The notes beneath the pieces were generated by a model that saw only the letters and a list, made by a program, of their open reading frames with translations, had not been told where the DNA came from and searched no databases. A program made the translations under genes and the position numbers. Positions 1-13,800 of a DNA stretch of 64,000 nucleotides are shown here, piece after piece. Source of the DNA: Massalongia carnosa (Eukaryota); the NCBI GenBank assembly GCA_965645245.1, contig OZ287072.1:2666001-2730000 (forward strand), given 5' to 3'. How positions within the stretch are numbered: position 1 is the first letter of the stretch; each line of letters starts with the position of its first letter.

Positions 1-265
1 CCCCTATTCGGCTTTGCTGACCGAACTTCGCAACTTTCGAATGTACGAAGCCGAAAGGATTGATAATCTGATGAGGCCATTGTCGCCATGTATGTCAAAA
101 TAGCTATAATAGCTTATTCATCTTCTCGCGGTTTATCATGCCGTAAAAGAGTGATTTGAAATCTCATCCCGCCACATTAGAAATCGAACTCGTTAAATAT
201 TTTGCGATTACCCAATTGAGCTTAGCTAAAAATAGTTATGCGGGAATTCAAGAAAATGCGGCAAC

Positions 266-1141
266 TTAGGAAATTCGCAACAGATTCAAATCGGGTGACT
301 GAGGTGGCCAAGCCATGCGTAAAAGCCCGTTTCGTCTTCCCCAATCAATCACCTTTTTCGAAGTATGATAGCTGGCTCCGTCATCCATCCAGATCGTCAA
401 ACCTCGCCTAGTCAAGCATGCTTCATAAAACGAGAGCCCTAAAGGCCGTAGCACCTCGTCAATGTAGATATCTGAATTCATTCGTCTCCCCTTATTCAAA
501 ACGAGCATAGGGCCTTTTTCACCCAATCGTATGCTAGCCCAGATGCCCACAGTGCTTCGTCCGCTTTTGAATGTAGGCTTCAGATATCTAGACTCCATGG
601 CCGTGCCTTTTCGTCTCGTGACGTAGCACGAGCGAGTGTCTAAACCAGTTTCAAACGTAGCTTCATCTGTCCATATAACTCGGCCCCAATCTTCTACCGT
701 CCAATGCTTATGCTCCTTGCCCCATTTTAGCCTGATTGCTTTGTGACGTGCTGATAGAAACGGCTTTTTTCTAGCCCTGAAACGGAAATAGCCACCGAGC
801 TTCAGATATTTTCGTACGGTGACGCGAGAGAGCTTTTGACCCGATTTGGAAGGGGTAGTCAGGGCCAGCAAATTATCGTGTGGATTTTTCTCAACATGGC
901 GAATCAATGCCCGTCTGGCACGGACATTTAGCTTGGTTGGCCGACCAGTACGTTTTTTGGGAACGGAAGAGGCGTCGGCTTGTCTCTTAGCTCTATGAAC
1001 TATGGTGACTACGGTGGAACGGGCCAGCCGAACTTGACGGGCTATTTCAGCATAGGATAAGTGGACTTCATGAAGGGCTACAACGATAGCAATGGTTTCA
1101 GACGAGTGTTCACGTCTGGCCGTCTTGGGTTTAGAAGGCAT
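266..1141 (-). pseudogene. Tc1/mariner transposase, C-terminally truncated
   Basis: N-terminal HTH (LSYAEIARQVRLARSTV), GRP linker, WTDEATF, MDDGASYH and WPPQSPDLN. Homology breaks just before the catalytic E. Likely start is MPSKPK at 1141. No TIR recognised. Confidence 0.88.
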
Positions 1142-1247
1142 TTCGTTGATCAGATGAAAATTGATGTAGAAAGGGGGGGGTGAAGTAAGGGGGGAATTTA
1201 GATGAGGGGAAATTAAGCGAAGTGTTTGCTGACTTCCTAGACCCGAT

Positions 1248-2972
1248 TTGTACCACCCGCGGGCCTTCAAAATGGCAAACACAATAGCGCTGAAAAAAAT
1301 AGGCAAAGGAGACTATACCACGCCGAAAGTCTACCGACCAATTGCACTGCTCAACACGCTCAGTAAAGTTATGGAATCTATCAGTGGATCGAAAATAACC
1401 TATCTAGCGGAAACACACCGGCTCCTACCCGACACACAAATGGGAGCAAGGAAGGGCAGATCCACAGAGGCAGCACTGGAACTGCTCACTGAATAGGTTC
1501 ACACGATTTGGGGACAGGGAAAAGACAAAAGTAGCCACACTGCTAAGCATGGACGTCGCCGGCGCGTTCGATACGGTATCACATCAACGACTAACGCACA
1601 ACCTACGGAAAAGAAAAATTCCAAAATGGATCACCGACTGGTTAAACAGCTTTCTGAGCGATCGAAGCACCACTTTAGCAATAAATCGAAAAGCCACCGG
1701 GCGGTTTGCGGTAAGAAAGGGTATCCCGCAGGGCTCTCCCCTGTCATCCATTCTTTACCTATTTTACAATGCAGATCTATTGGAAATATTTGATCGACCA
1801 GGCAAAATCACAAGTGCCATAGGATTCGTAGACGACGCAAACATTTTGGCATATGCAAAAAGCACCGAGGAAAACTGCAAAACTCTATAGGCAATACACA
1901 GACAATGTGAGACGTGGGCTTCCCGGCACGGGTCCGTATTCGCTCCGACGAAGTACAAACTCATACACTTGTCCAGAAATCCCAAAAGATTCAACATGAC
2001 TGCATCCATCAATATTGCTAGCACCGAAATTGAACCAAAAACGGACATCAGAGTATTGGGCCTACAAATCGACACCACATTGAAATGGGGACCGCACGTT
2101 CGCAAAACGCAAGAGAAAATGGTCAAACAATCCATGGCATTAACAAAAATTTCCACATCAACCTGGGGTGCCACCTTCGCCAATGCAAGGCAAGTTTACA
2201 GTGCCGTGGTGCGTCCGGCCATGACATATGTGTCAACCGTATGGCACATGCCCAAAGAAGTCAAAAAGTCAAAAATGTCAACGAGCAAGCTCTCCGTCAT
2301 GCAAAACAATTGCCTTCGCACCATAGCCGGTGCCTTTAAAGCCACTCCCATCTCAGTACTAGAAGCAGAGACATTCATAGCGCCCATAGACACGCATCTC
2401 GACATGCTACAAGCACAGGCAAGGCACCGGCTCCGAGCCGGAGGCCAATTGAAGATTATCTCCGCATGCAACAAAATAGCTGACCACTTCGAGGCAAGGC
2501 AGGTCGCAAACGACTTCAAAAGCCCACCCCGGGAGAGCTGAAACAAATCTGGGCCAAAAGCCTACTGATCGACTCAAAAATAGTTCAACCATCAAAAGGC
2601 ACACCCACCATGGTTCGAAGTCTACCCGGCGTGGCACCGCGAAGCTACCGTTGCGGCAACGGCCCGACACAAGCAGATGCAAACAATCAAAGCACGACAA
2701 ATGAAGGTCTGGAACGACTCGTGGTGCGCATATCAAAATCGTGTCATTGAACCCTCCATAGCACAATCAGTCCCACTGAGCAAAAAACGGCTGAAAATAC
2801 ACACGCAGCTAAAAAAGGCAGAAAGCGCTCTAACAACACAAATCCGCACTGGCAAGATCGGGTTAGCTGACTTCCTCTACAAGCGACGGGTGCCCTCCGT
2901 CACCTCACCGGCCTGCTCATGGGGCTGGCACAGACAAACTCCAGAACATGTAATCATGTTCTGCAGACTTAT
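1248..2972 (+). mobile_element. Degenerate Tad1/CgT1-like LINE ORF2 (reverse transcriptase and C-terminal Cys/His motif), 5' part
   Basis: YRPIALLNTLSK, QMGARKGRST, DVAGAFD, GIPQGSPLS, FVDD and TQIRTGKIGL motifs spread over several frames with stops and frameshifts. Confidence 0.9.
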
Positions 2973-3800
2973 TGTCAGGCGATTAGGGGTCACATGACCC
3001 GCCATGGGTCACATGACCCACGAACCCCTATGAGATATCCCTCAGTTAGCTAGCCTAGACCTCCCATAGATCAATACACACCACTCCTTTTCACTCATAT
3101 TCCACATTAGCCCATACAGCTTGATAGTTATGAGCCCGGAGAGCATAGAAGCTTCAATTCCTACTCATTGATCTAGTTGAATAAAACCCTCTTCCCAAAA
3201 CGATCTAACAAAACGATCAAAATAGAGGAGACCAACAAAGCAACCATGATCGCCCTAACTCCCAAGAATTATCATCTATGGATTAGGGAATTACAAGGAA
3301 TATCCAAGAAAGCGAAGGTATGGCAATATGTGGACCCCAATGGTTCAAAACCGGAGCCCGAAGAGGGAGAATATCCGGAAGTTTCACAATATCAAGTCCC
3401 TATTCAAGCACAGCCAGCAGGTGGAATTGCTTACCCCATTATAGAAGGTGGAGTTGTAATAGCCACGAAATCGGCTGAGAAATACGGCGATTTATCGGCT
3501 GAGCAAAAGGAGGACTATAAAATGGAGATATCAGCCTATAAGATGAAGGAAAAACAGGTGGAGAAGGTCGCCCAAGGACTCAGAATAGTGGACAATTGTA
3601 ATAGCGCGGCAATACAGGACTGCGCTAGCTCCTGGGATGACTCACCCAAGAAGACCGGGTGACTGATAATCCGGATGCTTAGTCATGATAAGGCGGATAG
3701 CAATACTAAGCCATCAGCAATCAGCCTTACCAGTTTGTTAGGCAGCAACTGAAGCTATTCAGATAAGCCTCGATCTCATGGGAGGCCTGGGACGCCTAGG

Positions 3801-3924
3801 AGACCTCAGCTGAAGGCAACAAGGCTATCTGCTAGACCTCAGCTGAAGGCAACAAGGTTATCTGCTAGACCTCAGCTGAAGGCAGCAAGGCTATCTACTA
3901 GACCTCAGCTGAAGGCAACAAGGC
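3801..3924 (+). repeat. 33-bp tandem repeat in Gypsy B U3
   Basis: Unit agacctcagctgaaggcaacaaggctatctgct. Three full units plus a partial one here, versus two full plus a partial one at about 15264-15354. Confidence 0.92.
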
Positions 3925-4100
3925 AGACAGGTAACCAGACAAGTAGTTAGTAAATAGGACCCCAAGGGGTATATAGAAAGCTCGATTCCCATCTTCAGGG
4001 AATCAGCTGTTGGATGTTAGATGATGAGGCCACCATCATCATGGGCATCCATCATGAGCCTCGGGAGGTGCCTTGCAAAGTGCCTAAACAAGCAGAGATT

Positions 4101-4205
4101 GGAGACAAGGTCTGACCGTCAGGGGGACAAGGTCTGACCGTCAGGGGACAAGGTCTGACCGTCAGGAGGACAAGGTCTGACCGTTAGGGGGACAAGGTCT
4201 GACCT
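4101..4205 (+). repeat. 22-23-bp tandem repeat in the Copia C LTR (also at 8930-9034)
   Basis: Five copies of gacaaggtctgacc separated by gtcagg(g)-like linkers. Confidence 0.9.
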
Positions 4206-4513
4206 CCTAGATGTGACTGTTTTGTGACTGCTATATAAAGCAGACAAATAGCCCACATAGATAATCACCTTCAATGACAATCATGCTACTATACCTACAA
4301 AGTGAATTTATATTTCATAGGTTATGAGCCCGGCTCACTTCTACTACGTTTGAATAAGCCCCTACATTGATTGTCAAACAAACTCACCTCCACCTCTTCC
4401 ACCTACCTCATTCTATATTATATATATATTCCTTTTCATATCCCACTTCAAAATCCAAGCAACCAAAGGGACCCTCTTTTTTCCCCGCTCAGTAACCCCT
4501 ACTCCTAAGCACG

Positions 4514-7500
4514 ATGGCCAAAGGGGAGAGTCTATACACATTCCCAAAGCTAATGGGGAGTGGAAACTATAAGAAATGGTCCAGAGACATGGCCTTCGCC
4601 CTGCAGGAGGCGGAACTTTGGAACTACGTGACTGGTGCTCGGAAAATGCCTCGAGAAATTCCCCCTCCACCTCAAAAAGCTGATGAGACACCCCCGGAGG
4701 AAACAGAGGAACAGCTAGAAAAGCGGGACAAACGGGACCTTGAACGCCTAGAGTTCTCGGAGAAACAAAGGAGAGTAGTTGGTAAAATAGGCAAGATGTG
4801 CACAGATGACGTGCAACAGGAATTCTTGTCGATGAGAGACCTAGCCAGTGGGGGCATCTGGGACCCGAAGGACCTTTGGGAACACCTGAAAACCCGATAC
4901 ACCCTCAGAAATTGGAGTGCGAAATGGAGCACATTCAACCGGCTGGAGGAGATAAACTATGAAAAATGCAAGACCATCGAGGAGTATGGTAGCCTAGTCA
5001 GGGATATCAAGGCAGAAATCACCGACATGGCCCTGACCGTTGAGCACATTGTAGTGCTCAAACTCCTCAATGGACTCGGCAGTTCATTCAACACCTACCT
5101 GACCATCCTGAACGAACAAGCTCGGCGGGAGGACAAATTCCCGGCGTTGGATGACTTACTAAAAAACCTGGAGGACGAGGAGGCTCGTATGCGCCAGGAC
5201 CCTGTCGCCGTAGCTAACATGCTGAAGGCAAAGGGGAAGAAGCACCCCACCGAACAGGGTAAGACCAAATGCAAATGCTGTGGTTATAATCACTCCGGAA
5301 AATGCAGGCATAGCAACGCTACATGTAGGAAGTGTAGTAAGATTGGCCATCTGGAACGCGTTTGTGAAAGCAAAGAAGGTAATGAAACCTCAAACCCCCA
5401 AATAGTTTGTACAATAAGGGAATGTTCCGGGAAAAGAACCCAGGAAACACCGCTTATTTGTATGGCAAATCTGTACCGAGGTCCCAAGAATGCCCACGAT
5501 CTATTGATCGACTCCGGTGCCACCGCGCACATTATATGCAATAAAGATCTCTTTCAAGAAGGGACCTTTCGGAGCGAAAATAGCTGTTTAGAAACAGGTT
5601 CCGAAGAGGTGTTATCGACAGAGGGGAAAGGCTCTCTACTCGTATCACTGGACAATGGAAATGGAGGTGTAACGGACCTCATTTTGACCAACGTCCTTTT
5701 CGCCCCCGACCTAAAATTCAACCTCATCAGCACAATACAACTCGGCAAAAAGGGCATATCTACGTACCTGATGGCGGATGACAAGCCCGCTCAACTGGTG
5801 CATAAAGGAAAGGTGGTTGGACTGGCCAAAACAATAAATAATCAGTATGTTTTGCAGACAACCACTATTAGCCCTACCGAAGCACGGGCCCTCACCACCA
5901 CAAACGGTACAAAGGCCCCTATCCAAACATGGCACGAACGACTCGGCCATCTCAGCTACCCAAACCTCCTAAATTAAATCATTTAGCCAATGGAGTCACC
6001 ATCGAAGGACCCATACCAGAAGAAGTATGCGGCTCATGCATGATGGGAAGACAACAGCGGAAAATAAATCGCACTCCACGAACCCGAGCAACAGAATTTC
6101 TCGGAATAGTGCATAGCGACTTAGGGGGACCATTTCCACTGACAAGGTTCGGTGAACGTTTTTATGCTACGATGAAAGACGACTTCTCCGGGGTAGTGTG
6201 GATCTACCTGCTGAAAACAAAGGGTCAAACCTTCGAATGTTTTAAGCAGTTCAAGACATGGATAGAAAATCAATCGGGAAAGAAAATAAAGAGACTCCGA
6301 GCTGATGGAGGAGGGGAGTACACCAGTGGTGACTTCCAGGAATTCCTAAAGAGTGAAGGCATCCAGTGGGAGGCCCGGGCACCAAATGTGCCAGAACAGA
6401 ATGGGAAGGCCGAAAGGCAAAATTATACCCTCATGGTCCCCACTCGGTCCATGATGAAGGCTAAAAAGCTCCCAAAGTCCCTTTGGGGGGAGGTCCTGAA
6501 GACGGCCGGGTACATCAAGAATAGAAGTCCCGGGGTTGACGAGGTCACTCCATATGAACGCATGAATAATGCGAAACCCTTCCTCGGCCACATGAGAACG
6601 GTCGGGGCAAGGACATGGGTACATATCCCAAAAGAGAAGCGCAAGAAGCTGGACGATAGGTCCTGGCAGGGGATATTTGTTGGGTATGAAGGAAACAATC
6701 AGTATCGAATTTACGATCCTCTCACTGGAAAAGTCCATGTTTGTCGCGATATCACCGTCGACGAAGGCAATATATATGATTCCAAGGATAAAAAGGCCTG
6801 GGACATAGCCGACATTCCATGGGAGGGAGACGATGATGCTTTGTTTGATGACCCAGATGATTTTGTTGATGAAAACAAAAGTCATAATCTGCCATCTTCG
6901 TTGTCTCCGAAAACTCCGAGCTCTGAAATATCGAGAAGTTCGGAAATTCAAAATGAAACGGCCCCACCAACACCACGGATAGTGCTACATCCAATGGGAG
7001 TAAATGCTTCGGGGGAAGGCCGAGAAGAGGAGAATGGGGGGGAGAGTGACTCCGATGAAGTGGAGGACATTCCTCGCCAGCCCATCGAACCTCGAAGATC
7101 TGGACGAATAAGGGTCCCCAGTCAAAGAGCACTGGAGAACATTCGTCCCAGCATCAACACCGTATTCAGTTCAAACCAGGTCCCGAAATCCCATGAGCAC
7201 ATGGTGCGGGTGCTAGCAACCCTGGCAGGAGGCGAGGACAATGAGGGCCTCGATGATCCTTTGACACTGAAAGAGGCTATGTCCTCACCCCACTGGGATC
7301 AATGGAGAAAGGCCATGGAGACCGAGTATCAATCGCTAGTGGAGAATGAAACTTGGACACTAGAAAGGGCACCGACTGATCGAAAGGTGATCACCGGTCG
7401 CTGGGTGTTCAAAATAAAGAAAGACAGAGATGGGAAAGTACTGAAGTACAAAGCGAGATGGGTAGTTCATGGCTATAAACAAAAGGAAGGCCTGGACTAC

Positions 7501-8786
7501 CTCGACACCTTTGCCACAGTGGTAAAACCAGTCTCTTATAAGGCATTGATGGGAATCAGTGTAAAGAAGGGACTGTCCATTCATCACATGGATGTGGTGA
7601 CTGCTTTCCTGTATGGCTTCCTAGATGAAGCCATATATGTCATACAACCCACCTTGTTCGAAAAAGGGGAGAACAAGGTCTGCTTACTACGAAAGGCCCT
7701 ATATGGCCTAAAACAATCCCCTCGTGTATGGTACCAGACCCTGCAGGATTTTCTGCAAAAGATGGGGTTTAAACGAACAGATTCGGATCATGGAGTCTTT
7801 GTATCGGACGATATCTTTATAGCGATTTACGTTGACGACCTTCTCATCTTCGGAAAAGACACTTCGAAATTGCAGCAATTGCAACACGAATTGAAGTCCC
7901 GTTTCCGCATGACGGACTTGGGAGAAGTCTCCCATTATCTGGGAATCGAAGTCGATGTCAACATCGAAAAATCGGTTATAACTCTTCGACAAACAACTTA
8001 CCTGAAGAAGGTGCTGCAGCGATTTAATATGGTCGACTGCAGGCCCATTTCCACCCCCATGGACCCCGGTGCCGGAAACACACTCATGCCGTCGGATGAC
8101 CAGGCCGATAAGGAAACAATTACCTGGTACCAGTCGGTGGTGGGCTCGCTGATGTGGCCAGCATGCATACACGCCCCGACATCGCTTATGCAGTGGGAGT
8201 ACTGAGTCGATATTGTTCGAACCCAGGCCCATTACACTGCAAATATCTTCAGCGCATTATGCGCTATATATCCAGTACCCTAAATACAGGCCTCGTGTTT
8301 AGAAAAGACACCGAGGATGACATTGTGGGATACTCGGACTCCGATTATGCTGGAACGAAAGATGGGAGAAAATCGACCGGGGCCTATACGTTTTTGTTAG
8401 CAGGCGCCCCAATTTCCCACTGTTCCAAGCTACAACCTACCGTCGCCCTATCCACCTGCGAGGCCGAATATATGGCTCTGACGGAAGCAGCTAAAGAGGC
8501 CATTTGGTGCGCGCGATTTCTGGCCGAGTTAGGATATCGGAAGAAGGACACCCCTGTCCTACTTCGAGGGGACAATCAAGGGTCAATTGCATTGGCTGAA
8601 AACCCCGAATTCCACCGTCGAACCAAGCACATCGAAATCAAATGGCATTGGATCAGGGAGGTGGTTGAATTGGGAAGGGTAAGCATCAAGTTTATCCCTA
8701 CCACAGAGATGGTGGCAGATGGGCTTACAAAGCCACTGGCCGCTAAACCCTTTGAGGACTTTAAGTCAATGCTTGGCATGGGCTAA
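4514..8786 (+). pseudogene. Copia C gag-pol with two frameshifts (about 5970 and about 8160)
   Basis: Zn knuckle CRKCSKIGHLERVC, IDSGA, WHERLGH, integrase DDE, YVDD and SDSDYAG. Confidence 0.92.
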
Positions 8787-9180
8787 ACCCAAAGAGGCAA
8801 AAATATCCGGAGAGCCTCAAGATGGCTGAATGGGAGTGTTGGATGTTAGATGATGAGGCCACCATCATCATGGGCATCCATCATGAGCCTCGGGAGGTGC
8901 CTTGCAAAGTGCCTAAACAAGCAGAGATTGGAGACAAGGTCTGACCGTCAGGGGGACAAGGTCTGACCGTCAGGGGACAAGGTCTGACCGTCAGGAGGAC
9001 AAGGTCTGACCGTTAGGGGGACAAGGTCTGACCTCCTAGATGTGACTGTTTTGTGACTGCTATATAAAGCAGACAAATAGCCCACATAGATAATCACCTT
9101 CAATGACAATCATGCTACTATACCTACAAAGTGAATTTATATTTCATATCAGCTTTTAGCTTTAGCACCTACCAATCTAT

Positions 9181-9516
9181 TGTAATTGAAGCTCTGCTGG
9201 CATAGTAAAAAGCTCACTTTTGAAACGATTGATATTTCTATCTACCTATCTAAGGACCGTGTTTATATAGATAGAAAAACATGCCGAAAAACGTTCTCCC
9301 TATGACTCACCTTCCTGCTTCCTAGAAATCTAAGATTGGTGATTGACTCATATCCAATTTATGACTCGATGGGAATGTTCATAGAAGTTTTGCGGTGCTT
9401 CTCGAGGTCGTTATGTGTTGCCTAATGTTCTTACCAACGCACTAATCCCAATGCGGTACTATGTGACTCTGAACACTTTACTAGGCATCAGCCGGGTGAC
9501 TTTGCACATTACAACA
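9181..9516 (-). mobile_element. Solo-LTR-like insert in the 5' LTR of B
   Basis: Absent from the 3' LTR of B. TG...CA ends with a TGTAAT/ATTACA inverted repeat. Flanked by duplicated CAATCTAT. TATA-like motif on the minus strand. Confidence 0.75.
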
Positions 9517-9682
9517 CAATCTATTAGCAGTCACACTGAGCATTATAACCCATAAGGACTAGTGTCTACTGTCCCTCTTATAATTCTAAAAGCTCCATAT
9601 CTTAGGATAGCTTGGTCCGACTGTTGATAGTTCAATCCTATCACACCTACCGTCCAAACAATTCAACCTATTTATCGTCAAC

Positions 9683-10807
9683 ATGAACACACGAGGACGA
9701 AGCGGCCAGAATTCGGCCAATCCCACGTCCAATCAGGGTGATGACCTACTTGACTACGATACGCTGGAACAAACACCACCAAACCAGCTAATCGACGAGA
9801 TTAGAGCCATGCAGGCCCATTTGACCGAACAGACAGCAGCCATGCAGGCCCAGGCCACCTTGTTGACTCAGCAAAGTACCCGTCTCGCTGCCAATTAAAG
9901 GGAACTAGAACGACTGCACGAGGAAAGAGAGTCTCGTCGTCCTCGCTCCATGGAACGATCTGTCAGGTATAACCTCAAAGCTAAGTCGCCCGACCCGTAT
10001 TATGGCAAGGACCATAAGACCTTGTTCGAATTCACCAGACAATGCGAGGCTGTCTTTAACACTAGTGGCATGCCTGAAACGGAACAAGATCGTCGTATAG
10101 CCTATGCAGGCAGCTACCTTCGAGACACCCCTAGCGACAATTGGCATGAGATACTATCACGAGGGGGTCATCTGAATCTTACCTGGAAGGAGTTCAAAAA
10201 GAACCTCATGAAGCAACTAAGCTCTACAGAAGTTTTCAAAGATCGAACCTGGATGCAGTACCATCATGCACAACAACGTCCTAATGATACTGTTCAATCC
10301 TTTGCGGCCTACTTACAACGCCTACGAACAATATTAGCCGATGCAGATCCGGAACATCCTATTACCGAAGAACAGATGGTCCAGAAGCTTCGTACGGGAG
10401 TCATACCAATAATTCGGAATTCCTTAGCACTAGGTCATCGACATCCCGCTACCATAGCGGAATTCATCAGTGATGCACAACTAGCTGAGGGAGCGGCTGT
10501 GTTGCCATCATCAACAGGTAGAGGCTACTCCAAGCGGGAGCAAGGTGCCCCGGCTTCTAACGATCAGGGCCGCCGAGAACCATATCCAACTAATCATCGC
10601 GGAGGTCGAGGCGGAAGAGGTCATCGAGGTAGTCACCACGGAAGAGGCAATAGAGGCGGAAGAGGCCGAGGCGCGCCGTCGACCAATAGCAATGCCATTC
10701 CGCTAGGCACTGTGACCGAGATACAAGACAATAACAAAAATAGCTGCTATAATTGTGGATCCCTCGAACATTGGGTAAAAGACTGTCCCCATCCAAAAAA
10801 AGCATAG
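9683..10807 (+). pseudogene. Gypsy B gag with one in-frame TAA (9896-9898)
   Basis: ORFs 9683-9898 and 9950-10807 share a frame. Retrotransposon gag core, RG-rich tract and CCHC knuckle CYNCGSLEHWVKDC. Confidence 0.88.
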
Positions 10808-13800
10808 TCGCCGCTGCTGCCTCCCTACCGGCGACTACTATCAAAGAGGCATCGGCAAGTCCTAAGACATTGGAAGTCGCACCCTGCATAGAGTACGAAA
10901 TAACACACGCTAAAGAAACAGCAAAAGCACTAATTGACAGCGGAAGTGAAGTTAACCTTATTTCTAGAGCTTACGCAAATATATGCGCTCTGACAGTGTT
11001 ACACTCCAGCGTCAGTTTGGAAGCTATTAATCACCAGCAAGTCATGACACATGGCATGGGTCTGTTGGTGTTCGGGGTAACTGATCAATTAGGTCAGCAA
11101 CGTTTCTTTGAGGAAACATTCCTAATAGCAGATATACCTCATAATATCGTGTTGGGCATGCCATTCCTGCAGCTAGCCAATCCCGATATCGATTGGTCAG
11201 CAAGGACCCTGAATTGGCGAGAACTAAGCGTTCAATCGGCCCTGATGACTACTCATCGGATAGAGATTATAGAACCAGAAGTCTTCATAGAAGAGGCGTT
11301 ATCAGAAGATACACCGACCTACGTGGTCCATGCTAAGGCGCTAGGTGTAGATAACATCCATTCGAGCCGTCGAGCTAGAATAGCCTCAGTGAAGGTACAA
11401 GAAATCAAGGTCCCTGAGGCTTATAAGGATTTCGCAGATGTCTTTTCGGAAGATAGTGCAGCCGAGCTACCAGAGCACGGGCTACATGATCATGCGATCG
11501 ACCTCGTGGATGGAAAGCAGCCTCCATATGGACCTATTTATAGCCTATCAGAAACAGAGCTCACAGTGCTAAGGGCCTACCTCGATGCTCACCTGGCTAA
11601 TGGGTTTATCCGGCCATCTACCTCACCAGCTGGAGCTCCTATTCTCTTCGTGCCTAAGGCAAATGGTACGCTGAGGCTCTGCGTGGATTATAGGGGTCTG
11701 AACAATCTGACAGTTAAAAATCGCTACCCGCTACCATTAGTAGGCGAGTCTTTAGATCGACTAGGACGGGCCAAACAGTACACCCAATTGGATTTGACTG
11801 CAGCCTATAATCGCATCAGAATTAAGAAAGGCGACGAATGGAAGACAGCCTTTCGCACCCGATATGGCCATTTCGAATACTGCGTCATGCCGTTCGGATT
11901 ATCCAATGCTCCAGCCTCCTTCCAAGCCTATATCAATAAAGCGTTGGCACTAAAACTGGATGTCTTCTGCATCGTTTATTTGGATGATATACTGATCTAT
12001 ACCGAACAGAAGGGTAAGGCCCATGAAGATGCTGTGCGATGGGTGTTAGAACAACTCCGCAAGCATGGCTTATTTTGCAACTTACAAAAATGCCGATTCA
12101 GCACCGACGAAGTCGAATTCCTAGGCTATGTCATCAATCCTAAGGGTGTTTATATGCGAAAAGATCGCATCCAAGCAGTGCAAAATTGGCCACGGCCCAC
12201 ATGCGTACGCGATGTACAGGTGTTCATAGGCTTCGCGAATTTCTATAGACGATTCATTCGTGGGTTCAGTAAAATAGCAGGGCCACTTACCGCTATGCTG
12301 AAAACAAAGCCCGCTAATCATAGACAGAAAGCACCTAAGGGTGTCGAATGCGAGTTCCTTACGGAGGAAGCTCTAGAGGCTTTTGAGAAGCTGAAAAAGT
12401 CGTTCATAGAGGCCCCGGTACTAAGGCATTACGATGCTAGTAAACCAGTACGCGTGGAAACCGATGCGTCAGGTTATGCTATTGGCGGCATATTGGCTCA
12501 GCAAGATGACGAGGGACAATGGCACCCTGTTGCCTATTACTCACGCAAGATGCTACCGGCTGAGCGTAATTACGAGACCCATGATGCTGAACTATTAGCG
12601 ATAGTCGAGGCCTTCAAAATTTGGAGACATTACCTTGAGGGGTCGTCTCACGAAATTCTCGTGTTGACTGATCACAATAACCTTACGAGGTTTATGGATA
12701 CCAAGCGCCTAAGCGGCAGGCAAGTAAGGTGGGCTCAAGATCTTTCCAGGTATAATTTCCGCATCGATTATCGTCAGGGTAAGAGGAACCCAGCCGATGG
12801 GCTGTCAAGACCTCCTACCGCTGGCGATGATGATGGCGAAGTGCTGGTTGAAAACCGCAAAACGCTCCACCTTTTGCAGATATCCCTAGCAGATAAGAAC
12901 GCACGCGTTTGTCTAATGAGGGCAATGTCAGGGGAGTCGTTAGATGATGCTTCTGGCCCGACGGGGTCTCACCACGGTGAAATATGGAAGATCATAACAT
13001 GCGGAACATTGGTTGTTCCGAAGGTGAAGGCATACTGGAGTTCATTGCGAAACTCTCTCGCACAGCGCGAGTCACCTTATACTCAACCCGCTTCTAGGGG
13101 AGTATTAGAGCGTCTTCCTGAGTTGCAACAGGTTGACGAGGTCGCTATCACTGTTCGGAAAAGGTTAGCTACCTTGAAAGACAGTGACGTGTCGGGGACA
13201 CAGGAGGTGGCGCCCTCCAGCGAGCCATGGTCGGACTCGGACCACTGTCTATTCCATGAAGGAAAGGCCTACATCCCAGCCTCCTTACGAGGAGAAATTC
13301 TTGAGTTAAATCATGATGATCCGCTGGCAGGGCACTTCGGGAAAGACAAGACGATTGAGCTAGTGAGTAGAAAGTACTACTGGCCATCGATGAAGTCAGA
13401 CATAGCACGCTATGTAGAGGGTTGCGACGTCTGCATGAGTAGCAAAGCTACGAGGCATAAGCCTTATGGAAACTTGCAGTCGTTGCCTATACCAACTCAT
13501 AAGTGGAAGGACATTACGATGGACTTCGTCACTGGCTTACCTAAGAGTAAGGACTGGAGGGGAGTTGATTATGACTCCATCCTAGTCGTCATTGATAGGC
13601 TCACCAAGATGGTGCACTATGAGGCAGTGAAGAAAACGCTGACTGCTGAACAGTTAGCTGAAGTGCTAAGGCACTGCGTGTTCAAGTATCACGGCCTACC
13701 TGACTCCATAGTCACCGATCGGGGCTCGCTATTTACATCAAACTTCTGGTCATCCCTATGCTATTACATGAAGATAAAGCGTAGGCTAAGCACAGCCTTC

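Larger units (their letters stand above)
4008..9148 (+). mobile_element. Ty1/Copia element C inserted in the 5' LTR of B
   Basis: 312-bp LTRs at 4008-4319 and 8837-9148 with no differences seen by eye. TSD TCAGC (4003-4007 and 9149-9153). PBS ggttatgagcccgg at 4320-4333. Confidence 0.95.

Noticed and set aside
1..265. Sequence beyond the Tc1 break
   Set aside because: No TIR, ORF or repeat match within the window, so it cannot be assigned.
3801..4205. Regular 33-bp and 22-bp repeats resembling a CRISPR array
   Set aside because: They are head-to-tail units without unique spacers, lie inside LTRs, recur in the sister LTRs, and have no cas genes in a eukaryotic context.
5960..8210. Programmed frameshifts in Copia C
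   Set aside because: They fall inside the integrase zinc finger and the RT, where Copia elements do not recode. They are likely 1-nt deletions or sequencing errors.
9896..9898. Programmed readthrough in Gypsy B gag
   Set aside because: A mid-gag TAA is more simply a nonsense mutation. Other copies would be needed to argue otherwise.
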